Below are positions 10,788 to 20,652 of a stretch of 64,000 bases of DNA, in pieces. Positions within the stretch are counted from its first letter, which is position 1; every line of letters starts with the position of its first letter. The position numbers and the translations under genes are program-made. Where the stretch lies: assembly GCA_903893815.1 (NCBI GenBank), contig CAITNS010000053.1, forward strand, positions 129,826 through 193,825, read 5' to 3'. The DNA comes from an uncultured Bacteroidota bacterium (lineage in GTDB: Bacteria > Bacteroidota > Bacteroidia > B-17B0 > Aurantibacillaceae). Below the pieces are notes generated by a model. That model saw only the letters and a list, made by a program, of their open reading frames with translations, was not told where the DNA came from and did no database searches.

Positions 10788-11110
10788 ATGAATGTGCTTT
10801 TTATATGTAGTAGAAATAAATGGAGAAGTTTAACAGCCGAAACTATTTATAAAAATTATTCTAAAATAACATTAAAATCAGCCGGAACAGAACCAAGCGC
10901 AAGAATTAAAATATCTGAAAAATTAGTGAATTGGGCAGATATAATTTTTGCAATGGAAAAAAACATAATCAACGGTTAAATGAAAAATTCGAATCAGCTT
11001 GTATTGATAAAGAAATTATAATTCTTGATATTGCTGATGAATATAATTACATGAATCCAGAATTAATAGAATTATTAAAAGATTCAGTAGACCATTATTT
11101 AGAATTATAA
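10788..11110 (+). pseudogene. low-molecular-weight phosphotyrosine-phosphatase-like protein, interrupted by a -1 frameshift
   Basis: The N-terminal part has the CX5RS P-loop (CSRNKWRS) and stops at 10979. The next frame continues a coherent C-terminus [49 protein letters not shown], ending at 11110. The switch lies at the A7 run 10957-10963; A8 would restore a single ORF. Confidence 0.7.
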
Positions 11111-11111
11111 T

Positions 11112-12038
11112 TTGGGAAAAACTAAACATACTCAAATCATTAAACAAGAAGCCAAACGTTTAGGTTTTGATTTTTGTGGCATTAGCAAAGCCGAATTTTT
11201 AGAAGAAGAAGCGCCTAAATTAGAGGCATGGCTAAAAGCGGGAATGCATGGCAAAATGGAATACATGGAAAACCATTTTGATAAACGTTTAAATCCTACG
11301 TTATTAGTGGAAGGCGCAAAATCTGTTGTATCCTTATTGTACAATTATTATCCTGAACAAACACAAACTTCAGAAGCTCCAAAAATTTCGAAATATGCTT
11401 ATGGTTATGATTACCATGAAGTCATCAAAGAGAAACTAAAAGAATTTTTAAATACCCTAAAAGAAAAAATTGGCGACGTAAACGGGAGAGCCTTTGTAGA
11501 TAGTGCGCCAGTTTTGGATAAAGCCTGGGCTAAGAAAAGTGGTTTAGGTTGGATTGGAAAAAATGCCAACCTCATTAATAAACAAAACGGTTCTTTCTTT
11601 TTTATTGCAGAGTTAATTATTGATTTAGATTTAGAATATGACGGCCCTATACAAGACTATTGTGGCACCTGTACCAAATGTATTGACGCCTGCCCTACGG
11701 AAGCCATTGTAGAACCTTTTATAGTGGATGGCAGCAAATGCATTAGTTATTTAACCATTGAATTAAAAGACGCGATCCCAAGTGAATTTAAAAACAAAAT
11801 GGATAATTGGGCATTTGGTTGTGATGTTTGTCAAGATGTTTGTCCATGGAGCAGATTTAGTACACCGCATCACGAAGCTCAATTTAATAACCAAACTGGT
11901 TTATTAAATTTTAGTACAAATGAATGGCACGAAATGACTGAGGAAACATTTAACAAAGTATTTAAACATAGCGCGGTTAAACGTACTAAGTATAAAGGCT
12001 TAAAGAGGAATTTAGAATTTATAAAGCCACTTAGATAA
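11112..12038 (+). CDS. queG: tRNA epoxyqueuosine(34) reductase QueG
   Basis: Two ferredoxin-type clusters [12 protein letters not shown] and [10 protein letters not shown]. The N-terminal layout is typical of QueG. TTG start. Confidence 0.88.
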   Translation: MGKTKHTQIIKQEAKRLGFDFCGISKAEFLEEEAPKLEAWLKAGMHGKMEYMENHFDKRLNPTLLVEGAKSVVSLLYNYYPEQTQTSEAPKISKYAYGYDYHEVIKEKLKEFLNTLKEKIGDVNGRAFVDSAPVLDKAWAKKSGLGWIGKNANLINKQNGSFFFIAELIIDLDLEYDGPIQDYCGTCTKCIDACPTEAIVEPFIVDGSKCISYLTIELKDAIPSEFKNKMDNWAFGCDVCQDVCPWSRFSTPHHEAQFNNQTGLLNFSTNEWHEMTEETFNKVFKHSAVKRTKYKGLKRNLEFIKPLR

Positions 12039-12040
12039 AA

Positions 12041-13081
12041 TTATTTTTGTTTACCTAAATTCAATTGCCATTTCCAAGCGCTTAGCATCATTTCATCCAG
12101 TCCATTTTTTGGATCCCAACCTAATTCCTGCTTAGCTAAATTATTGTTAGCATAAATTTTAATCACGTCTCCTGCTCTTCTTTCTCCTACTTTATAATTC
12201 AACTTTTGTTCACTCACTTTTTCAAATGATTGAATTGCTTCAAATACGGTTACTCCATTTCCTGTTCCTAAATTAAAGATAGACGTATTTGTTTTTTGAT
12301 TATCATTAATCACATAATTCATTGCTTTTACATGAGCATCTGCAATATCACTTACATGAATATAATCTCTAATACAAGAGCCATCGCGAGTATCGTAATC
12401 ATCTCCAAAAACAGTTAACGGAGGTAATATCCCAACAGCACTTTGAGTAATAAATGGCACTAAATTATTTGGTTTATCTTTTGACAATTCACCGTTTAAT
12501 CCTGAATTATGAGCTCCAACAGGGTTGAAATAACGCAACAAAACGGCTTTAAAGGCGGGATTACTTTTAACGTAATTAATCAAAATATCTTCTCCAATTT
12601 GTTTGGTGTGCGCGTACGGCGATTCTGCTTTCGAAAACGGTGTATCCTCTGTTACAGGCAATTTATCAACGTTACCATAAACTGAGCAAGAAGAAGAGAA
12701 GATGAAATTTTTGATTTGAAGTTTTTCTGAAATTTTTAAAAGATTGATCAGCGACTCCAAATTATTATGATAATAGGTTAAAGGCATATTAACCGAATCG
12801 CCCACCGCTTTAAATGCAGCAAAATGAATGATTCCTATTGGATTTTTAATTGTACCAAAAGCTAACTCTAATGCTTCTAGGTTACAAATATCCACATTTA
12901 AATTTTTAACGCGTTTACCTGTGATAGATTCAATTCTATCAAAAGTATCAGCATTTGAGTTAGAGAAATTATCTATTGAAACGATTATATAATCTGTTTG
13001 TTGTAATAGTTCAATAATAGTATGAGAGCCAATATAACCAGCGCCTCCGGTAACAATAATAGTTGGTGTTTGATTTGACAT
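12041..13081 (-). CDS. galE: UDP-glucose 4-epimerase GalE
   Basis: Rossmann motif GGAGYIGSH, catalytic YAHTK (YxxxK) and overall GalE-like length. Confidence 0.85.
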   Translation of the reverse strand: MSNQTPTIIVTGGAGYIGSHTIIELLQQTDYIIVSIDNFSNSNADTFDRIESITGKRVKNLNVDICNLEALELAFGTIKNPIGIIHFAAFKAVGDSVNMPLTYYHNNLESLINLLKISEKLQIKNFIFSSSCSVYGNVDKLPVTEDTPFSKAESPYAHTKQIGEDILINYVKSNPAFKAVLLRYFNPVGAHNSGLNGELSKDKPNNLVPFITQSAVGILPPLTVFGDDYDTRDGSCIRDYIHVSDIADAHVKAMNYVINDNQKTNTSIFNLGTGNGVTVFEAIQSFEKVSEQKLNYKVGERRAGDVIKIYANNNLAKQELGWDPKNGLDEMMLSAWKWQLNLGKQK

Positions 13082-13092
13082 TTTAAAATATT

Positions 13093-14325
13093 TTAATTAA
13101 ATGAGTTATAAACGCTTGCATATTTTTCAATACCATCTTGTAAAGAAAAATAGCTTGAAGCAGCTGTAACAGTATTACTCATGTACAAGTTACGATTTTC
13201 TAATAAATCAGAAACCGCCTGTTGATATTCTCTTTTGTTAAAATCAGAAACAATAACTCCACACTTAGTTTCATCAATAATACTATCAACATCGCCAACA
13301 CCGGCATTTGTTACTATAGGAACTTGCATAGATAATAATTCGCCCATTTTGGTAGGAGATGATGCTGATTTAGAAAATGAAGGTCTAATGAAAAATAAAG
13401 AGGCAGATGATAATGAAATGTAATAAGGCATATCTACTCTTGATGAAGAAATAACAGTTAATTTATCAAGAGGTACTTGATGTTTTGCTGCCGCTTGATG
13501 AACTAATTCCTCGTTATCTTTTGTGATAATTAAAAAATGACTGTCTATTTTATCAGATAATTCTTTAAAAAACTCAAGCATCTCATCAGCCATATACCAA
13601 GTACCTAAAGAACCAACGTAGCTTAACACAAATTTATTTTTAAGTTGAGGGAATCTATCCTGAAATGCAATAAAATGCTTTTCTTCAATGTTATTTTTAG
13701 AGAAATGATCTAAATCTGCACAACAAGGAATAACGGTAATTTTAGAATCATTAATTCCCAAATTCCAATTTAAAATAATTGATTTTGCTTTGTTGGTTAA
13801 TGAAATAATCGCATCAGAATTTACGAGCATCTCTTTTTCTTTTTTCTTAAAGTATTTATATAAATAAGCTCCAATTGGGCTAGATTTTTTCCAAATACCA
13901 CCTTCAATTCTCTCATCCGCCCAAAAGCCGCGCATATCAAAAATAAAACCTGTGTTAAACTTTTGCTTAGCGTTTAACCCAATTAAACCCGCCAAATAAC
14001 TTCTACAATGCAAAATCGTTTGACCTTCCGTATCTTTAATTTTCCGGAAAACTATTCTTTTAAGTGATTTGAAATTTTGTTGTTGCGATATAAAAGGCTT
14101 TCCAGTTTTATAAAAAGAATAGTCCCATGATATATTAGCTTCACTCGTGATTTTTTCAATAATTTTGTGATGTAATTTCCAGTTTCCTTTTTTCTCGCAA
14201 CTCACAATTTCAATTTTATTTCCTTTACTTGCTAAAACTACCAAATAGGGTAAAACTTGTGACTGTCCTAAAGGGTCGGTCATCCCATCGATAGAAACAA
14301 ATATAAAGGTTTTGATATTGGTCAT
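13093..14325 (-). CDS. glycosyltransferase family 4 (GT-B fold)
   Basis: GT4-like N-terminus FVSIDGMTDPLGQSQVL and a C-terminal nucleotide-sugar binding region (PTKMGELLSMQVPIVTN). Confidence 0.75.
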   Translation of the reverse strand: MTNIKTFIFVSIDGMTDPLGQSQVLPYLVVLASKGNKIEIVSCEKKGNWKLHHKIIEKITSEANISWDYSFYKTGKPFISQQQNFKSLKRIVFRKIKDTEGQTILHCRSYLAGLIGLNAKQKFNTGFIFDMRGFWADERIEGGIWKKSSPIGAYLYKYFKKKEKEMLVNSDAIISLTNKAKSIILNWNLGINDSKITVIPCCADLDHFSKNNIEEKHFIAFQDRFPQLKNKFVLSYVGSLGTWYMADEMLEFFKELSDKIDSHFLIITKDNEELVHQAAAKHQVPLDKLTVISSSRVDMPYYISLSSASLFFIRPSFSKSASSPTKMGELLSMQVPIVTNAGVGDVDSIIDETKCGVIVSDFNKREYQQAVSDLLENRNLYMSNTVTAASSYFSLQDGIEKYASVYNSFN

Positions 14326-14419
14326 AAATTGAAGTAAAAATAGTATTTTTATGGTTGTAGATTCATTGTTTTTAGCAAATACAATAAATCATTTTAAAAT
14401 AATCATTCGACCATAATAA

Positions 14420-15760
14420 ATGAACAATAATCTAACCATTTTTGACATTTTATTGCCTCCTTTTTATATATTGGCAGCAATCGCCTATGGTTATTGGATT
14501 ACTAAAAAAAATATTAGAACAAATCCTGAATATGAATATTTTACACGTGGTTTAATTGTTCGCATTTTTGGTGCTATTGCATTAGGCCTGATTTACTTTT
14601 TTTATTATTCAGGAGGTGACACAACTAACTATTTTCAAACTTCATCAGCATATTCAAAATTAATGTTTAAAGACTTGGATAGCTTTTGGATAGGCTGGCT
14701 TGGAGATGCTAAACATTACTATTTTTCATTTGATGATTCAACTGGTTATCCAGTTTATACTCCAAAAGATCATCATTCATTTTTCGTAGTAAGACTTTTA
14801 ATTCCTATTGTAACGTTGGGCTGTCATTCTTATTTTCCAACTGCTGTATTAGTTGGTTGTATTACATATGGCGGTATGTGGAAACTATACCAAACCTTTT
14901 TACTAGAATTTCCCAACTTAAAAAGGGAGTTTGCCATTGCCTGTTTATTTATTCCTTCTTGCGTCTTTTGGGGTTCAGGATTAATGAAAGATTCTTTTAC
15001 ATTATCTGCGGTGGGTTGGTTTACATTTGCATTTTATCACTTTTTTATCAAAAAACAACGTAAAGTATCCTATGGATTGTATTTGTTTATCGCAGCTTTC
15101 GTCATATTAGCAATTAAACCTTATATCTTTTTTGCGCTCTTACCTGGGTCGATACTATGGTTAAGTAATAATACAGTCAAAAAGATTAATCATGGCTTTA
15201 TAAAAATGATAGCTTCACCAATTATTTTAGGTCTAGGAATCATTTCTGGTTATTATGCTTTAGATAATATGGGGGACAATTTAGGTCAATATAAATTAGA
15301 TACAGTTTTAGATAAAGCTGTTGTGACACAAAAAGACATGAAGGCAGAATATTATGGTGGAAAAACCTACGACATTGGAGAATTTGATGCTAGTATTGGT
15401 GGAATAGCATCTAAAGCCCCAATAGCCATTTTTTCAGGAATATTTAGACCAGGCATATGGGATGTACGAAATCCAGTAATGCTTATATCATCATTAGAAA
15501 ACACATATCTTTTATTTTTAACTATATTCCTTCTTATAAAACTAAAGGTTTTTGGATTCTTTTTTTTAATTAGAAAGAACCCCATGCTTTTGTTTTGTAT
15601 GTTATTCTCTTTATTCTTCGCATTTTCTGTTGGACTAACGGTTGCCAATTTCGGATCTTTAGTGAGGCTAAGATTACCGGAATTACCATTTTTTGTAGCG
15701 GGAATATTTATGTTGAGACATTTATACGAAAAGCAAAGCGGAGTAAAAATGAAATTTTAA
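14420..15760 (+). CDS. polytopic membrane protein, possible EpsG/Wzy-like polymerase
   Basis: About 10 predicted hydrophobic helices, an SGGDTTNY motif after the second helix (resembling the EpsG-family GxDxxxY) and a large soluble loop near residues 285-335. The function is tentative. Confidence 0.55.
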   Translation: MNNNLTIFDILLPPFYILAAIAYGYWITKKNIRTNPEYEYFTRGLIVRIFGAIALGLIYFFYYSGGDTTNYFQTSSAYSKLMFKDLDSFWIGWLGDAKHYYFSFDDSTGYPVYTPKDHHSFFVVRLLIPIVTLGCHSYFPTAVLVGCITYGGMWKLYQTFLLEFPNLKREFAIACLFIPSCVFWGSGLMKDSFTLSAVGWFTFAFYHFFIKKQRKVSYGLYLFIAAFVILAIKPYIFFALLPGSILWLSNNTVKKINHGFIKMIASPIILGLGIISGYYALDNMGDNLGQYKLDTVLDKAVVTQKDMKAEYYGGKTYDIGEFDASIGGIASKAPIAIFSGIFRPGIWDVRNPVMLISSLENTYLLFLTIFLLIKLKVFGFFFLIRKNPMLLFCMLFSLFFAFSVGLTVANFGSLVRLRLPELPFFVAGIFMLRHLYEKQSGVKMKF

Positions 15761-17661
15761 TTCATCCACTTTTCATACCACATTTGGAACATTAAGGCAT
15801 ACCAAAGTTTCAATGCTAGTTCTTTTTTGCCAGAATAAAAATCGGATTTTATTATATGGATAAATTCGATATTAAACACCCCTTGTTGATTAATTTTTTT
15901 ATCATCTAAATAATAATGTACTTTATCTTTCAAATCATTTATTAACCAATTTTCAATGGGAATAGCAAATCCCATTTTTGGTCTATCCATTAATTGCTTT
16001 GGAATATATTGATGAACAATTTCTTTAATAATATGTTTTTTGCTTCCTTTATAATATTTATAGTCATCGGGCAATTGAGCGGCCCATTCTATGATGCGGT
16101 GATCTAAAAAAGGCTCTCTGCCTTCTAAACTCACGGTCATAGAGGCTCTATCAACTTTTTGTAAAATATCATCTACTAGATACGTTTGATAATCAATAGC
16201 CATCATATATGCTAAAGGAGAATAACTTATCTTTTTTAGTTCGTTGCTTTGATACGCAGTTTCAAAAAAACCGGTTTTAGTTTTCATTAATTCACTTATC
16301 TCTTTTTCATCAAATTGCCTGCTCAAATTCAGCATCATGTTTTTCGGTGAAGGATCTTTTAGTAAACCTTTTAATTTTTCATATCTGCTATGAAAATTAT
16401 ATTTATTTTTCATAATAGGAATTTTATCAGATGGGATAAAATTCATAATATCAGCAGTGCCTTTTCTAAGTAACCTTGGAAATTGATTTAATCTTTTACC
16501 ATATTTCATCAAATAATCGTAGCGATTATATCCAGCAAAAATTTCATCACCTGCATCTGCACTTAACGCAACAGTTACTTGTTGTTTAGCCATTTTACAT
16601 ACTAAAGTAGTAGGGATGGCGCTGCTATCAGCAAATGGTTCATCATAAAAGAAAGGTAAATCATCAATTAAACTGAGCGATTCATTATAAGTACACACAT
16701 ACTCATAATGCTCTGTTCCTAAATGTTTAGCAACATCTTTAGCATAAGGAGCCTCATTTAAGCCAATATCAGGCACTGCAATAGTATATGTTTTTAATTT
16801 TTCAGTTCTATCTTTTTGAAGCAATGCAGTTACGCATGCACTATCATAGCCACCACTTAAAAATACACCAACAGGTACGTCAGAAATCATACGATAATCA
16901 AAAGCTGATTTTAATATTTTTTCTGTTTCTATTTTTGCATCTTCAAAATTAATATCTAGTTTAGGCTTATTATAAGAATCGTAAACATCCCAATATTTGT
17001 GAGTTGAAAAATCAGAACTAGCAAGAGATAAGCGTAAATAATAACCAGGTTTTAATTTATAACAATTATTAAAAATACAATGTGGAGTTGGAACATTTCC
17101 AAACTGCATAAAAGCCGCCACAGCATCTAAATTTAGTTCTTTATGAAATCTTGGGTGCTTATGAAAAGCTTTTAGTTCAGAAGCAAATAAAAACAATCCA
17201 TCCTTCCAATAATAAAAAAACGGCTTCACACCAGCTCTATCTCTTACACATAAGATTTCTTCTTTTATTGTGTCATATATCACAAATGCAAACATGCCAA
17301 TAAATTTTTGGATACATGAAATTCCCCACTCAGCAAAAGCATGTAATATAACCTCAGTATCTGAATGTCCGCAAAACTTATGCTTTAAAATAATTAATTC
17401 CTGTTTAATTTCATTATAATTATAAATTTCTCCATTGAAAGTAATCCACAAATGCTCAAATTGCATAGGTTGTTTCCCAGCATCAGTCAAATCTATAATA
17501 GACAATCTTCTATGTCCTAATCCAACTTGACAAGTTTTGGTTTGAAGAAATTCTAATCCGCTTCCATCTGGTCCTCTATGATAGAGGGTATCAGACATTA
17601 TTTGAAGCACATCAAATGAAGAGCTTTGTTTAAAATCTATTAAGCCTGAAATACCACACAT
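15757..17661 (-). CDS. asparagine synthase (glutamine-hydrolysing)-type amidotransferase, copy 1
   Basis: MCGISG Ntn-glutaminase nucleophile, HRGPDG, RRLSIIDL and the PP-loop FLSGGYDS. 634 aa. Confidence 0.9.
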   Translation of the reverse strand: MCGISGLIDFKQSSSFDVLQIMSDTLYHRGPDGSGLEFLQTKTCQVGLGHRRLSIIDLTDAGKQPMQFEHLWITFNGEIYNYNEIKQELIILKHKFCGHSDTEVILHAFAEWGISCIQKFIGMFAFVIYDTIKEEILCVRDRAGVKPFFYYWKDGLFLFASELKAFHKHPRFHKELNLDAVAAFMQFGNVPTPHCIFNNCYKLKPGYYLRLSLASSDFSTHKYWDVYDSYNKPKLDINFEDAKIETEKILKSAFDYRMISDVPVGVFLSGGYDSACVTALLQKDRTEKLKTYTIAVPDIGLNEAPYAKDVAKHLGTEHYEYVCTYNESLSLIDDLPFFYDEPFADSSAIPTTLVCKMAKQQVTVALSADAGDEIFAGYNRYDYLMKYGKRLNQFPRLLRKGTADIMNFIPSDKIPIMKNKYNFHSRYEKLKGLLKDPSPKNMMLNLSRQFDEKEISELMKTKTGFFETAYQSNELKKISYSPLAYMMAIDYQTYLVDDILQKVDRASMTVSLEGREPFLDHRIIEWAAQLPDDYKYYKGSKKHIIKEIVHQYIPKQLMDRPKMGFAIPIENWLINDLKDKVHYYLDDKKINQQGVFNIEFIHIIKSDFYSGKKELALKLWYALMFQMWYEKWMN

Positions 17662-17664
17662 AAC

Positions 17665-18546
17665 TTACTCTGTTAATTCAACTTCTTTTTCTTTATATTT
17701 CAACTTAGAAGCTGTTTTTTCAATAATTTTTGATGGAACACGATGTTTAAAAAGGGTAAGTAAAATTAAAAATATATAAAAAAATGGTACCAAATACGTG
17801 GTAAATTTTGTTATGCGATGAAACAACAACATATTTTTTGCTGGAAATTCATTTACCTCGCCATACTGAACCTTCTCCATAATTTTATCAAATATAGGCC
17901 TAGCGATAATCCCATCATAAGCTAAAAAAAGAGAATCCTGATATTGTTTATAATAAGCAATACTTTCGTGATGATTGATGATTTTTTCCCAATTTGGCTC
18001 TAAATTAACGTCATACATGTGCCATTTACCATGATAATACACTTCAGCTAAAAAATGTCCAGGTCCCGCTTTATAACCAAGACCAACCCATCGTGCTTTA
18101 ATTCCTTTGCGTTTTAAAATTTCTAAAAACACGATAGTTTGTTGACTGCAAAGCCCTTGATTATAATCTAGAATATCATCAGGGTCAACAATAGCGACTA
18201 AATGATTCCAAAATAACTTGCCGCCGATATAAGTTATCCAATTATCTTTAATTGAATATTCTGATAAACCATGATAGAATCTTTTCTTAACAATATCACT
18301 TGTAGCTTTTATGTATGCAAGGGTATCTATTTCCGATGAAAGATGTGTGGCCGAATAAATACCATCAATATGTGCAGTGATGCCTTCTAAGCTTTTAAAT
18401 CTTGAAAGCTCAATATTAAATAACTCCTTGTTATTATAAGAGCTTTTTAAATTTGATACGGTAGAAAATACAATTGGTGTAATACTAATTGCTAACAATA
18501 TCAGATAGATAAATAGCCTAATTTTATAAGATTTAAGAAGAAACAA
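17665..18546 (-). CDS. membrane-anchored transglutaminase-like (papain-fold) protein
   Basis: N- and C-terminal hydrophobic helices. The core GLCSQQTIVFLEILKRKGIKARWV...GPGHFLAEVYYHGKWHMYDVN matches the Cys-His-Asp spacing of transglutaminase-like enzymes (Cys133 codon 18148-18150). Its stop lies 3 nt from the AsnB start. Confidence 0.6.
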   Translation of the reverse strand: MFLLKSYKIRLFIYLILLAISITPIVFSTVSNLKSSYNNKELFNIELSRFKSLEGITAHIDGIYSATHLSSEIDTLAYIKATSDIVKKRFYHGLSEYSIKDNWITYIGGKLFWNHLVAIVDPDDILDYNQGLCSQQTIVFLEILKRKGIKARWVGLGYKAGPGHFLAEVYYHGKWHMYDVNLEPNWEKIINHHESIAYYKQYQDSLFLAYDGIIARPIFDKIMEKVQYGEVNEFPAKNMLLFHRITKFTTYLVPFFYIFLILLTLFKHRVPSKIIEKTASKLKYKEKEVELTE

Positions 18547-18589
18547 AGCGTTATGTATACATCAATAAAAAGGTGAATGTAACAATGTT

Positions 18590-19495
18590 TTAATTTAAAA
18601 ACAAATGTTTAATAAAAGCCAATGTCCTAATTCTAAACAATTCAAAGAGACTTTTTTTCAGTCCATTCATTAAGAATGTTATTGCGGATTGCTTATTACC
18701 AGAAAGTAACAAATGAAGCGCAGAATAAGTAAGCATATGAGCGTGTATTTTATTTATAATTTTTTGTCCGTATATCCCTACAAACATTTTATCGTTTAGT
18801 AAATTATTAACAATTAAATTTGTTCTTGTTAACAATTTAACCTCATTAAAACTCATTACGCTTCTTCCATCATGCTGAATCATACAACCAGATATTTGAG
18901 ACTGAAAATGTATTTTATAGCGAGCAGAAACTACTAACCATAATAACCAATCCTCAGAACCACTCAATGCTCTATCTTCTTCAAATTTTAAGTCTTTAAA
19001 AATATCGGCTTTCAAAAACATCCCGAAACAACTAAATATATTTCCTTTCAAGACAGCAATGTTTAAATTTTTATTCTTAGGATAATTCACTTTTCTTATC
19101 AATTCATTATTTTGATTTCTAAATTCGTAAGCACAATGAAAAACTTTTACATCTTTCTTCTTTAAAATGAAATCTGAAGCTAAAGCCAAATGATTTGAAT
19201 AAAACACATCATCAGAATCTAAAAAAGTAATAAAGTTTCCACGTGATTTTTGAATACCATAATTTCTAGCAGCCCCCCTTTCTCCATTTGATTTATAATG
19301 ATAGTGCCAATTTTTTATTTGATAATTACTGATATAATCTGCAACAGTTTCTTTTGTGTTATCAGAACTCCCATCATCTATTATAAGTAGTTCATAATTT
19401 TTAAAGTGCTGGTCTCTGATACTATCAAGCGTTTTTAAAATTAAATGAGCTCTATTATATGTGGGGATTATAATTGAAAATACAGGCGTTTCCAC
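18590..19495 (-). CDS. glycosyltransferase family 2
   Basis: FSIIIPTYNR, DDGSSDNT and DSDD (DxD) motifs. Confidence 0.85.
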   Translation of the reverse strand: METPVFSIIIPTYNRAHLILKTLDSIRDQHFKNYELLIIDDGSSDNTKETVADYISNYQIKNWHYHYKSNGERGAARNYGIQKSRGNFITFLDSDDVFYSNHLALASDFILKKKDVKVFHCAYEFRNQNNELIRKVNYPKNKNLNIAVLKGNIFSCFGMFLKADIFKDLKFEEDRALSGSEDWLLWLVVSARYKIHFQSQISGCMIQHDGRSVMSFNEVKLLTRTNLIVNNLLNDKMFVGIYGQKIINKIHAHMLTYSALHLLLSGNKQSAITFLMNGLKKSLFELFRIRTLAFIKHLFLN

Positions 19496-19505
19496 AATTT
19501 CGGTT

Positions 19506-20603
19506 TTACTGTTTAATTAATAAATCTTGATGTAACTTAATTATTTCATTTATATCAAATCTTTTCTCCACAGTTTTTTTCAACTGATTTCCTAACTTAC
19601 TAATATCAATTCTATTCTCATAAACATCTATAAGTTTTAATTTAAGTTCTTGAATTGTATTATTTTTATCGATAACAATGCCATTAAATCCATCTTCTAT
19701 ATAATCGCTAAAATCGCCAACATTTTCACAAACTAATGCGGGTTTCGAAAGCACGCCAGCTTCTTTAGGCATATGACAACTAGCTTCAGAATTAGATGTG
19801 TGTATCAATAAATCAGCTGCTGCAATATAGTCTTGAACATTATTGACATGCCCTATTAAAAAAACATTGTCTATTAATCGCTTCTGAATAATCGCCTTTT
19901 TCAAATCCTCTTCTAACTCGCCTGTGCCAAGAATCATTAATTTAACATCATATCCAGAAGCCACCAAATCACTTATAGTTTCTATAGCTAAATTTACTCG
20001 CTTTAACGGGATCAAACGCCCTACAATAACCAATAATAATTTTGCATTATATTGATTCTTTATTTGATTAATTTTTAGGTCTGATGTCTTCGTAAAAAAA
20101 TTAAAATTATAACCAAGGTGTATTAAATTAACTTTATTGGCTTTTACTTTTTCGACATTTATAATTTGAGAATACGAAAAATTTGAAATAACAATAATAT
20201 ATTTTGATAACGAGTTAATTAGTTTGTCAATAATTTTTTCCTTCCAAGTACCATAAAGATAAACACTATCTGAATGGTGTCGCCAAGTAATAACTTCAGA
20301 TTTAATGAAAAATTGCGAGAAAATTGCGATAATGCTGCATTGTTGCAAATTCGAGTATACAACATCAATTTTATTGCTCTTGCAAAATTTTATCAAAAAT
20401 ACAATTTGATTAAAATAATAAAACCTATTAAACTTTTTTACAGAAAAAACTTTACCTCCAAGTTTACTAATATTATCATGTAAAATTCCTTTTTCAGAAT
20501 GCGTTAGTAGATAAACATTATATCCCCTATAAATATAAGCTTCCGCAAGAGCTTCAACATCTTTTGCGGTTTGATTAGCTGGATGGTATATTAATATATT
20601 CAA
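19506..20603 (-). CDS. glycosyltransferase family 4
   Basis: GT-B architecture. C-terminal motif SNSEASCHMPKEAGVLSKPALV resembles the GT4 E-x7-E region. Confidence 0.75.
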   Translation of the reverse strand: MNILIYHPANQTAKDVEALAEAYIYRGYNVYLLTHSEKGILHDNISKLGGKVFSVKKFNRFYYFNQIVFLIKFCKSNKIDVVYSNLQQCSIIAIFSQFFIKSEVITWRHHSDSVYLYGTWKEKIIDKLINSLSKYIIVISNFSYSQIINVEKVKANKVNLIHLGYNFNFFTKTSDLKINQIKNQYNAKLLLVIVGRLIPLKRVNLAIETISDLVASGYDVKLMILGTGELEEDLKKAIIQKRLIDNVFLIGHVNNVQDYIAAADLLIHTSNSEASCHMPKEAGVLSKPALVCENVGDFSDYIEDGFNGIVIDKNNTIQELKLKLIDVYENRIDISKLGNQLKKTVEKRFDINEIIKLHQDLLIKQ

Positions 20604-20652
20604 AATTTACAATTTTCGCAGCAAAGCGTTTTAAATCAGTCTACAAATTAAA

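Noticed and set aside
10953-10979. Programmed ribosomal frameshifting or phase variation at the A7 tract of the phosphatase-like gene.
   Set aside because: A7 is short for a contingency locus, and I see no downstream stimulatory structure. A second unrelated 1-nt frameshift in the window makes mutation or sequencing error the simpler explanation. It is reported as a frameshift to verify, not as a regulatory mechanism.
15757-18546. Reading the transglutaminase-like plus Asn-synthetase-like pair as a lasso-peptide B/C cluster.
   Set aside because: The AsnB homolog retains the N-terminal Cys glutaminase nucleophile, which as far as I recall lasso cyclases usually lack. The transglutaminase-like protein is membrane-anchored at both ends. 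I see no PqqD-like RRE and no short precursor ORF nearby. Every neighbour is a glycan enzyme. The idea is kept only as an analogy in the finding.
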